Shown: positions 1 through 8,082 of the stretch, piece after piece
Numbering within the stretch: position 1 is the stretch's first letter
How the letters are laid out: each line of letters begins with the position of its first letter
DNA from: a virus
Taxonomy: Duplodnaviria > Caudoviricetes
Length of the DNA stretch: 29,606 nucleotides
Virus record (IMG/VR): IMGVR_UViG_3300047666_001043
Coordinates: 1-29,606 of that record
Reading direction: 5' to 3' (one strand)
Program-made: the position numbers and the translations under genes
Notes under the pieces: generated by a model
What the model was told of the DNA's origin: nothing
Database searches by the model: none
What the model saw: only the letters and a program-made list of their open reading frames with translations

Positions 1-1891
1 TATATGTTAATCCATCATCACCTTGTAAAGCACCATTCGCGCCTGCGATGAATACTTGGCCTGAAGAAACAGTTTCAATTGTTGGAGCTGTTGCGAATTC
101 AGCAGATGCATTAACTATTAAATGCCCGCCGTCAAATTTAATATTGTTATTTGAAGATAACGCACCGGTATCGGTTACGAACATCATTGTGTTCGCTTCG
201 AGGTTACCTACTGATAAACTGTCACCTGATAAACCACCCGATGTACTAAAGTCTCCATCAACTGTAATACCACCAACAATTGTTAAATTAGTTCCGTCCC
301 ACGCAAGGTTTGCTTGACCTACTAACGCTCCACCTGCCTCTGTATAAACAACCGACCCAGCAGGAATTGCTGAAAGTGCTGCAGAGTTAAATGTTGCTCC
401 ACCTGTCGCAAAATCAAATACAACCTCATCATTAGGGCCATATTTTAAATTACCATCAGCTTCGAGCGACATTCTTTGAACGCCGGCCGTCTTGAATTTT
501 AATTGATCGTTATCTGAGCCAGGAGTGTCTTCAGCAGTAATTAAAGTATCTTTATCGACGTCTTTAACAGAACCTGCTAGTTCAGACCAACCTACACCAT
601 CATAACCTTCAAATCTTTCGTCAGAACTGTTATAACGAATCATACCAACTTCGTTGTTAGCAGGACGATCTACAGTTCCACCTACGGGTAATACAAATGC
701 TCCTGTTTCATCAATTGAAACAACACCTGAAGAACTCTTTAATGAAGGAGTAAATATTCTACGCCATTCTTTAGTAGGAGTACCTAAACTATATGTTTCA
801 GAAGCATCAGGAACAAGATCAGAAGTAAAGTCAGCAACAACTGTTACTGTATCAACTTCATTATCACCTAGAGTAAGATTACCACCGATTGTAAGATTGC
901 CTGTAATATCGGCATTAGCATCTATTGTAAGTGTTGAACCATCAAATCTTAACTTGTTATTATCAACTAATTCACCGTTAGTACCTGCGAAAGTAATTCT
1001 GCCTGATGTTAAATCAGTAACGTTAACAGAACCTAAAGTTGTTTGACCAGGAACGGAAAGTATATCTAAGAATACACCACCTGTCGCTGTAATAGAAACA
1101 TCATCAAAAGTAAGGTTAGCGGAATCAATTAATTCGCCGTTTGCACCAGCGTACATGATTCGACCTTGAGTCAAATCCGCAATGTTAACACTACCTAAGG
1201 TTGCTTGACCTGTACTAACATCAAGAGAATCTAAAAACACACCGCCTGTCGCGACTATGCTTGTTCCGTTATACGCTAATCCCGCGTCGTCAATTAACTC
1301 ACCATCAGTTCCTGCATATACGATACGACCAGGAGTAAGATCTTCAACGTTTAAAGATCCAACTTCTGCCTGCCCAGTAACATCAATACCGTTTAAAAAC
1401 GCAGCATCTTGACCAGTAAAAAGACCAGAAATCGTTAAGTTAGTTAAACCGTTAAGTTCGGATGTGGTTTCGCCAAGAGTTAATGCAGTAGTACCAATTG
1501 TTATATCAGCAGACGATATAACCGTTGAATTGGCAAAGAAGTTTAAAGGATTGAATCCTACATTTTCAAAATCAGTAATATGACCGAATGTATCAATTGA
1601 AATGTTCTTAGGATAAGATAAATTTAGGTTGGTTGTGCTGACGGCAGTTGATGTATCAGCATGACCTATAACAACATTTGCCGCTTCGTCGTTAACCGTT
1701 TGAGTAATAACAATTCCGTTAGCAGAACTAACCTGCTGAACATAACTGCCTATAGTATCTATACCTAAGACAACGGAATTTGGAACGATTTGTGGTTTTC
1801 GCTCGGCTGGAGCTACAATAGAAGTAGATTGACCTTGTTTCGGGACGGCCTTAATCGTTCGGCCGCCTCCGACCTTAACTTTTATTGACAC
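1..1891 (-). CDS. Long tail-fibre-like protein, 3'-truncated by the window edge (at least 630 aa; absent from the ORF track)
   Basis: Manual translation from GTG at 1891-1889 (MSIKVKVGGGRTIKAVPKQ...) stays open to base 2. A GGAGG Shine-Dalgarno lies at 1900-1904, and the start directly abuts the upstream TAA. The protein has DLTxGRIxxAGxxGELxD repeats and motifs typical of T4-like marine phage fibres (LPVGGTVDRP...GMIRYNSSDERFEGYDGVGW; VKDVDKDTLITAE). Confidence 0.88.
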   Translation of the reverse strand, partial: MSIKVKVGGGRTIKAVPKQGQSTSIVAPAERKPQIVPNSVVLGIDTIGSYVQQVSSANGIVITQTVNDEAANVVIGHADTSTAVSTTNLNLSYPKNISIDTFGHITDFENVGFNPLNFFANSTVISSADITIGTTALTLGETTSELNGLTNLTISGLFTGQDAAFLNGIDVTGQAEVGSLNVEDLTPGRIVYAGTDGELIDDAGLAYNGTSIVATGGVFLDSLDVSTGQATLGSVNIADLTQGRIMYAGANGELIDSANLTFDDVSITATGGVFLDILSVPGQTTLGSVNVTDLTSGRITFAGTNGELVDNNKLRFDGSTLTIDANADITGNLTIGGNLTLGDNEVDTVTVVADFTSDLVPDASETYSLGTPTKEWRRIFTPSLKSSSGVVSIDETGAFVLPVGGTVDRPANNEVGMIRYNSSDERFEGYDGVGWSELAGSVKDVDKDTLITAEDTPGSDNDQLKFKTAGVQRMSLEADGNLKYGPNDEVVFDFATGGATFNSAALSAIPAGSVVYTEAGGALVGQANLAWDGTNLTIVGGITVDGDFSTSGGLSGDSLSVGNLEANTMMFVTDTGALSSNNNIKFDGGHLIVNASAEFATAPTIETVSSGQVFIAGANGALQGDDGLTY

Positions 1892-2230
1892 TTACGAAAC
1901 CTCCGTAATAGTATCAACTACGATTGCCAAGCCTTCTACTATTTTTGTCAGTTCTCCTGTTTGTTTTTCCATTACGACATCATATTGATATTTACCAGGA
2001 GAAAGTAAATCTGTCTGCTGATCTGTTAATACCAATGTGATATCATTGTTTGCGACTTGGACTGTAAAATTTGCTGATGCGGTAGATGAGTATACCTTTC
2101 GTATGCTACTATAAAAGTTATAAACTGAAATAGTTGCGTCATCATATTCGACACCTTCATCATTAAACAGATTCAATTCTGTCCTGAAGTCCAATCCTTT
2201 ATCGATGTATATGTTAGCTCTTGATGCCAT
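1892..2230 (-). CDS. Small virion beta-sandwich protein, probable fibre adaptor/collar
   Basis: 112-aa ORF (ANIYIDKGLDF...ITLVLTDQQTDLLSPGKYQYDV...KIVEG). The pattern resembles the small conserved proteins that precede fibre genes in T4-like marine phages. A late promoter lies 40 nt upstream. Confidence 0.7.
   Translation of the reverse strand: MASRANIYIDKGLDFRTELNLFNDEGVEYDDATISVYNFYSSIRKVYSSTASANFTVQVANNDITLVLTDQQTDLLSPGKYQYDVVMEKQTGELTKIVEGLAIVVDTITEVS
1900..1904 (-). promoter_or_regulatory. Shine-Dalgarno GGAGG for the GTG start at 1891
   Basis: The minus strand reads ACGGAGGTTTCGTAAGTG, an 8-nt spacer to GTG. Confidence 0.7.
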
Positions 2231-2270
2231 GGTGATGAAACCTTTTTAAATTTTTTATATATTATTACCT

Positions 2271-2278
2271 TATTTATA
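2271..2278 (-). promoter_or_regulatory. T4-type late promoter TATAAATA
   Basis: Exact gp55 consensus, intergenic, in the sense orientation upstream of the ATG at 2230. Confidence 0.85.
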
Positions 2279-2313
2279 ATGTCCGGTCCCACAAAATAGA
2301 AAAGGACATTATA
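2275..2313. repeat. 10-bp perfect inverted repeat (potential hairpin) overlapping the late promoter
   Basis: tataatgtcc (2275-2284) and ggacattata (2304-2313), with a 19-nt loop. Confidence 0.65.
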
Positions 2314-2377
2314 GAAATGCCCTTAACGTTAAACCATTATCTTTTCTAATGTCAAGAGCACGTTTTACATAATGTAG

Positions 2378-5300
2378 TTACTTTTTGAGTTCTTCGATCT
2401 CAGCTTTAAGTTCTTTGATTGCCTCGACCAATAAACCAACCATATTGCCATAAGCAACTGATTTAAATCCATCTTCGTTAGTACTAACAACCTCTGGTAA
2501 TAACTCTTCAATTTCTTGAGCAATTACACCGGTTGCCGCAAGACCAGTTTCGAGCCAATCAAAATTAACTCCTCTTAAACTTGATACTGTATCGAGTGCA
2601 TTAGGAATTGTTATTATATTATTCTTTTTCCTTTCATCAGATGTTGAATTAAAGTTAGCAGCTGAAATATCAAAAGATTGTCCGTCTAAGTTACCACCCA
2701 ACTGAGGAGTTGTATCTTCAACAACATTACTCATTGAACCACTACCACTGCCCGTTGGCCATGTTGTAATAGTTGTACCGTTTAGAGTAGCTCCACCAGC
2801 AATGTTAATATTCTCAACTGTAACCAAATCGGTTGATGCTTGATAGTAGAAGTTACTTTGGTTACCAGTTGCTGGCAAGTTACCAAAGTCATAGTTAGGT
2901 CCTGTGGTACCGTATAACGGTCTTGCGCCTGACCCACCTTGAACCATGGTAATAAACATATTAGTTGTTTGTAGGGCTGATGCATTAATATCTTGAGGAT
3001 CAAGCTCTGAACCGTCGCCAGCTGGGCCTTGTGCTCCTGGGGAACCAGCATCTCCTACATTACCTTGAATACCAGGATCGCCAACATCGCCTTTCTCACC
3101 TTGAATACCTTGAGGTCCGCCACCATTTGAGCCCTGAGGACCTTCGAAGCCTAATGTACCCTGAAGACCTTGAACACCCTGAATACCTTGAGCACCCGGA
3201 TCACCTGGCGCGCCTGCATCTCCTGGTCCGCCGCTATCACCTTGAGAACCACTTTCACCCTGAGCACCTACAGAACCGTCACCACCCCCTGGGCCTGTTG
3301 TTCCTTGTGGTCCGGCAGGTCCTAAACCACCATCGCCGCCTTCTGTACCCTGAGGTCCGGCTCCACCTACATCTCCGCCAAATCCTTGAGTACCCTGTGG
3401 CCCCTGAATACCAGGATCGCCTGCCTGAGATGTACCTTGAACACCTTGGTCACCTTGAGTTCCTTGAACACCTTGAATACCAGGAGTACCAGGAGTAGCT
3501 TCACCTTGAGTACCTTGATCTCCTTGAGTACCTTGAACTCCCTGAACACCAACACCAGCATCTCCAGTAAATCCTTGAGTACCTTGGTCACCTTGAATAC
3601 CTAAGTCACCTTGAATACCATCTCCGCCGCCTCCGCCTTGGATACCTTGATTACCTAAGTCGCCTTGAGTACCTTGGTCGCCTTGGATACCTTGAGGACC
3701 AGTTCCGCCAGGACCATCATCGCCTTGTAATCCTTGTATACCTTGAGCACCTTGAGCGCCATCCCCTTCAATACCCTGAACACCTTGGTCGCCTTGAACA
3801 CCTTGAGTACCTTGTTGGCCTTGTATACCTACATCGCCGCCTGAGCCTTGGATTCCCTGAACACCTTGAGTACCTTGTGGACCAAATCCATCAGCACCCT
3901 GAGAACCGAATCCTTGAGTTCCTTGAACACCTTGGTCACCTTGAATACCTTGAGTTCCTTGTTGGCCTTCTCCACCAGGTTGTCCTTCGCCACCTTCGCC
4001 ACCTTGCGTACCTTGGTCACCTTGAATACCTTGAGAACCAGCACCAGCAGGTCCTTGTGCACCATCTCCTCCATCACCACCGATAATACCTTGAGTACCC
4101 TGATCACCTTGTAATCCTTGAGCACCTTGGTTACCATTTCCAGCAGCTCCTTGGAATCCTAACTCACCTTGATCACCCTGTGTACCCTGATCACCCTGAG
4201 TACCTTGGTTACCTTGAGCTCCACCGAGACCAGAAGTACCTTGGTCGCCTTGTAATCCTTGAACACCTTGCGTACCTTGAGCACCAGCTCCTGTTGAGCC
4301 TTGAGTTCCTTGGTCGCCTTGAGTTCCTTGAACACCTTGAGTTCCTTGAACACCTTGAGAACCAGTACCACCTATATCACCTGTACGAGCAAACGTAATA
4401 GTAACATCTTCATTATTAACAAACGTTCCATTACCGCTCACAAACGCGGAAGCTATAATAAAGTAACCAGATTGTTCAACAAGAGAAGATATTGTAAATA
4501 TTTGGAATATTTCTGGAGCACCTTTCTTTGTAATTCTATAGTGACCTTTAATAGGACTTGTAGAATCATCAACCGTTCTTAAGAATGGTGATATGTCAAC
4601 AAAGTTATCATCTCTAGTACCAATGTTCATTGCAGTGGCAGAAGAATAAGTAGCGCTATTGAATTTTAATCCACCAACACCGGGAGAGTTATTAACTATA
4701 TCTGTCTTGAATGTGTAATCAAAAGTAATACCACCAAACGATCCAGCTTCACCTTCATCGCCTTGAATACCTTGAGTTCCTTGAACACCTTGAACGCCTT
4801 GACCGATTGTACCTTGGTTACCTTGGAATCCTTGCGTACCCTGTGGTCCTTGAATACCTTGTGGTCCTTTAGGAATAAAGGTAATTAATGTTTCAACGCC
4901 ATGAGTACCAGTAACTGTTGTCCAACTTGATGCATTACCGTCAATATAAACAACATCAAAGAAACCGTAGTTCTTTGCACCACTGTCCCATGTCCAATCT
5001 GTAATTTCGTATACTAACCAATGATGACCACCAGGACCGGGTTGTCCACCAGCACCAACCTGAATTTTTAAATATCCTTTAGGTGCACCGGGTAAAGATT
5101 TAATCCAATCAAGTAATGCATCTATTTCTGTTGTAAACTGATCATTAGGAATATCGTCTAATGTAATTAATGTAGCAAGAGTAGGATTGCTGTTATTGAA
5201 CTTAAAGTTATTTGTGCCTGGGTCAGTACCACCAACAATGTTACTTGAGTAATTCCATACGAATGTTAAGCCACCGTATTCGCCTTGCTCGCCTTGTAAA

Positions 5301-7585
5301 CCTTGAAGACCTTGTAATCCTTGTGCGCCTTGGTTACCAGTTAAACCAGTAAATCCTTGAGTACCTTGAACACCTTGGTCGCCCTGAACGCCTTGAACAC
5401 CTTGGGTTCCTTGGACACCTTGGACACCCTGAATGGCTTCTCCTTGTAATCCTTGGTTACCTTGAAGACCTTGGTCACCTTGTGTACCTTGAATACCCTG
5501 AGTTCCTTGAACGCCTTGAGTACCTTGGTTGCCCTGTATACCTTGAGTTCCTTGAACACCTTGAATACCACGATCACCGTTTCTTGAGAATGTTAATCTA
5601 AGATCTATTCCGTTAGTAAAACTAGTTACGCCGTTAACTTGAGTAACTTCAAATTCCCAATAACCTGTTTTGTCTGTAATAACATCAAGTTTAAATAATG
5701 CTTGGTCGTAAACATCTGCAGCGTTGATTATTCTTAAATAACCTTTAGGAGAACCAACAATTGAGTTGAGTTCTGCGGCAAGGCCATCCATAACGTTGTT
5801 TCCACCGAAATCTTCATCGTCAACCCATATGTTAAGGCCTGACGAGGATAAGTCAGCATTACTAAATCGAACTTTACCTGTCCCAGGATCTGCATCCGTT
5901 GTATTATTATCGTAATTATAAGGATAAGTAATACCACCAAAGGCACCAACTTTACCTTGAACTCCTTGAGTACCTTGAGTACCTTGATCGCCTTGTAATC
6001 CTTGAGTACCTTGGTTGCCTTGAATACCCTGAGTACCTTGACTTCCCTGAGAACCTACTTCACCTTGAGCTCCAGTAAATCCTTGAGTACCTTGATTTCC
6101 TTGAGTACCTTGGTTGCCTTGAATACCAGTAAATCCTTGCGTACCTTGAACACCTTGTGTACCTACGCGACCAAAGGAAAGTATGAATGCGGGATCTGCC
6201 GCAGCGTTAGTAAGTACAGCAGCAGTATTTGCTAACCATGTAATTTGTAATGTTAACCAACCAGTGTTGTCAGTTACATTGTTAATTTCAAAAGTAATAA
6301 ACTCTTGATTATTAGAAATTCTTGTAAGTTGAATGTAGCCTTTCTTTGGACCTGCTACAGTATCAATGCTATTTAATAATGCAGCTACATCTTTATTTGA
6401 TTTTGCTTGTTGGTCAATGAACAGTGCAGTTGCGAGAGAAGGATCAGTATTGTTAATTGCGAACTTACCAGCAGTAGGATCTTGTGCAATTGTTGATAGA
6501 TCAATATCAAACTCAAACGATACTCCACCATAAGTTCCTACAAAACCTTGGTTACCTACATCACCTTGAATACCGGTAAAGCCTTGTGTACCTTGAACAC
6601 CCTGAACGCCTTGCGTACCTTGGAAACCTAAGTCACCTTGAATACCTGTAAAACCTTGAGTACCCTGAACACCTTGAACGCCTTGCGTACCTTGATTACC
6701 CAAATCGCCCTGTACGCCTTGGTCGCCCTGTACTCCTTGGACACCTTGATAACCACGGAAACCTCTTTCTCCTTGAATACCTTCGTAACCTAAAGTTCCC
6801 TGAACACCTTGGTCGCCTTGAACTCCTTGTAAACCTTGAACTCCACGGAATGTACCGAGGTTAATCCAAGCAGATCCATCGTATACCCAGATTTCTTCGT
6901 CTGCGTCATCAACGACAGCATTACCAACAACAGCTGAAGGGAACGCGGTATTTAAAGTAGCTTGTGGATCTCCACCAGAATCGACATCAGGTACTGAACC
7001 AATAATATCAAAGCCAGGACCGTATTCACCTTGTAGTCCTTGAGTACCTTGAGCACCAGTTGTACCTTGAACACCAGCACCTACTTGAGTAACAGGATCT
7101 GAAGCAAATACCATAAGAGTAAATGCATCACCACTATTGGTTGGAGTAATAACAGAACCAGTACCAGATTTAAAGGCTGCAGTAAATCCATTTACAGTTT
7201 TTGCAGTTACTTCTACAATTCTTGCTTCGTCGTTGAACTCGCCATCAGAGACAACAGAATAATCAGTATCAGGTTGAGCTGTTGTGAATGTAAAATCCAT
7301 CGTGCCAGTACCGGCATTGTAGTTTGCACCAGATATTAATGTACCTGTTTGAGTACCTGTACCATCAACTCTTACAAAGGCAAATGGCAAAATAGCAGTT
7401 TGCGTTACACCAGAATCAGATAAGAATTCTTTCCATACTACACCGTCAGAAAAATATACTTTATCATTTTCAGAATATATTAATGCACCCTCGTAGACAA
7501 CGGGGTCAAGCGTAATCGGAAATGGCTGCGGTATGCCGTAACCAAGTAATTGATTCTTTCCTGTTATTGTACCAAATCTGGACAT
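2378..7585 (-). CDS. Collagen-like (Gly-X-Gln) tail fibre with four repeated globular domains and a C-terminal peptidase S74 intramolecular chaperone
   Basis: 1735-aa ORF with long (GxQ)n runs and four homologous inserts of about 120-135 aa. It also has an EDTTPQLGGNLD motif, an SDERKKNNI...GVIAQEIEELLPEVV...VAYGNMVGLLVEAIKELK S74 signature, and an AAGGA RBS. Confidence 0.92.
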   Translation of the reverse strand: MSRFGTITGKNQLLGYGIPQPFPITLDPVVYEGALIYSENDKVYFSDGVVWKEFLSDSGVTQTAILPFAFVRVDGTGTQTGTLISGANYNAGTGTMDFTFTTAQPDTDYSVVSDGEFNDEARIVEVTAKTVNGFTAAFKSGTGSVITPTNSGDAFTLMVFASDPVTQVGAGVQGTTGAQGTQGLQGEYGPGFDIIGSVPDVDSGGDPQATLNTAFPSAVVGNAVVDDADEEIWVYDGSAWINLGTFRGVQGLQGVQGDQGVQGTLGYEGIQGERGFRGYQGVQGVQGDQGVQGDLGNQGTQGVQGVQGTQGFTGIQGDLGFQGTQGVQGVQGTQGFTGIQGDVGNQGFVGTYGGVSFEFDIDLSTIAQDPTAGKFAINNTDPSLATALFIDQQAKSNKDVAALLNSIDTVAGPKKGYIQLTRISNNQEFITFEINNVTDNTGWLTLQITWLANTAAVLTNAAADPAFILSFGRVGTQGVQGTQGFTGIQGNQGTQGNQGTQGFTGAQGEVGSQGSQGTQGIQGNQGTQGLQGDQGTQGTQGVQGKVGAFGGITYPYNYDNNTTDADPGTGKVRFSNADLSSSGLNIWVDDEDFGGNNVMDGLAAELNSIVGSPKGYLRIINAADVYDQALFKLDVITDKTGYWEFEVTQVNGVTSFTNGIDLRLTFSRNGDRGIQGVQGTQGIQGNQGTQGVQGTQGIQGTQGDQGLQGNQGLQGEAIQGVQGVQGTQGVQGVQGDQGVQGTQGFTGLTGNQGAQGLQGLQGLQGEQGEYGGLTFVWNYSSNIVGGTDPGTNNFKFNNSNPTLATLITLDDIPNDQFTTEIDALLDWIKSLPGAPKGYLKIQVGAGGQPGPGGHHWLVYEITDWTWDSGAKNYGFFDVVYIDGNASSWTTVTGTHGVETLITFIPKGPQGIQGPQGTQGFQGNQGTIGQGVQGVQGTQGIQGDEGEAGSFGGITFDYTFKTDIVNNSPGVGGLKFNSATYSSATAMNIGTRDDNFVDISPFLRTVDDSTSPIKGHYRITKKGAPEIFQIFTISSLVEQSGYFIIASAFVSGNGTFVNNEDVTITFARTGDIGGTGSQGVQGTQGVQGTQGDQGTQGSTGAGAQGTQGVQGLQGDQGTSGLGGAQGNQGTQGDQGTQGDQGELGFQGAAGNGNQGAQGLQGDQGTQGIIGGDGGDGAQGPAGAGSQGIQGDQGTQGGEGGEGQPGGEGQQGTQGIQGDQGVQGTQGFGSQGADGFGPQGTQGVQGIQGSGGDVGIQGQQGTQGVQGDQGVQGIEGDGAQGAQGIQGLQGDDGPGGTGPQGIQGDQGTQGDLGNQGIQGGGGGDGIQGDLGIQGDQGTQGFTGDAGVGVQGVQGTQGDQGTQGEATPGTPGIQGVQGTQGDQGVQGTSQAGDPGIQGPQGTQGFGGDVGGAGPQGTEGGDGGLGPAGPQGTTGPGGGDGSVGAQGESGSQGDSGGPGDAGAPGDPGAQGIQGVQGLQGTLGFEGPQGSNGGGPQGIQGEKGDVGDPGIQGNVGDAGSPGAQGPAGDGSELDPQDINASALQTTNMFITMVQGGSGARPLYGTTGPNYDFGNLPATGNQSNFYYQASTDLVTVENINIAGGATLNGTTITTWPTGSGSGSMSNVVEDTTPQLGGNLDGQSFDISAANFNSTSDERKKNNIITIPNALDTVSSLRGVNFDWLETGLAATGVIAQEIEELLPEVVSTNEDGFKSVAYGNMVGLLVEAIKELKAEIEELKK
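3020..7075 (-). repeat. Coding 9-bp-period repeat tracts (CAAGGTNNN) encoding collagen Gly-X-Gln triplets
   Basis: accttg/ccttga recurs at 9-nt spacing on the + strand in several blocks separated by non-repetitive domains. Confidence 0.9.
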
Positions 7586-7624
7586 GTTTTCTTATTTCCT
7601 TAATTCAACCTAATATTAATAATA

Positions 7625-7632
7625 TATTTATT
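7625..7632 (-). promoter_or_regulatory. Late promoter variant AATAAATA upstream of the collagen fibre gene
   Basis: Fits the NATAAATA consensus of T4-like cyanophage late promoters. It is intergenic and about 40 nt before the ATG at 7585, the same spacing as at 2271. Confidence 0.65.
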
Positions 7633-7633
7633 C

Positions 7634-8059
7634 TTAGACAACATCGTCTTCTTCAGATTGTCCCTGCGTGAATGATAGCGTTGCATGAATAGCAAGATTG
7701 GCAGAAGCCATAATCTCTAGTGTATCACCACTCTTTAAAAACTGTCCGTTAAGTGGAATTGGTGTTGTTTCATACGCAGTTACCGGCATGTTCCTTAATA
7801 CATAAAACTCTGCATTAGCTTCATCTCTATGGAATCTCAAATCAATCATAACCGTTGAGTTTGTTGTATTACACAACACAAGTGGTGATATAATTTCACC
7901 AACTCCAGGTTCGACTGTTTCAGATCCACCGAAAACTAATTCAGGAACTTTATAGTTAGGTACATCGGCAATCACTTTCCAGTTTGTAGTTACGATTTCA
8001 TTAATCGCAACCGGTTTTGCATCTGGAGCTTGGCTCGTTGTAATTGTTACTAGACTCAT
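7634..8059 (-). CDS. Hypothetical virion protein (beta-rich, 141 aa), probable partner of the giant protein
   Basis: Clean ORF with an AGGGA RBS, tightly packed between two structural genes. Contains LVLCNTTNSTVMIDL and FLKSGDTLEIMAS, a beta-sandwich-like pattern. Confidence 0.75.
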   Translation of the reverse strand: MSLVTITTSQAPDAKPVAINEIVTTNWKVIADVPNYKVPELVFGGSETVEPGVGEIISPLVLCNTTNSTVMIDLRFHRDEANAEFYVLRNMPVTAYETTPIPLNGQFLKSGDTLEIMASANLAIHATLSFTQGQSEEDDVV

Positions 8060-8082
8060 TTCTCTTATTCCCTTTTAAATAT

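Noticed and set aside
48-1046. + strand ORFs 48..317 and 654..1046
   Set aside because: They are antisense shadows of the real minus-strand fibre gene at 1..1891.
2326-2355. Possible sigma70 promoter on the minus strand (TTGACA, 18 nt, TAACGT)
   Set aside because: The -10 element is weak and the spacing suboptimal. A perfect late promoter just downstream already explains expression.
2782-6235. Many short ORFs on both strands overlapping the collagen gene (e.g. 3031..3498 +, 3829..4137 -, 4180..4398 +)
   Set aside because: These are shadow frames of the 9-bp CAAGGTNNN periodicity. They give low-complexity LEHLE/KVLKV/LSTL text and have no independent signals.
3020-7075. Periodic DNA repeats as a possible CRISPR array or satellite
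   Set aside because: There is no constant repeat with unique spacers. The variation follows codon structure within one ORF.
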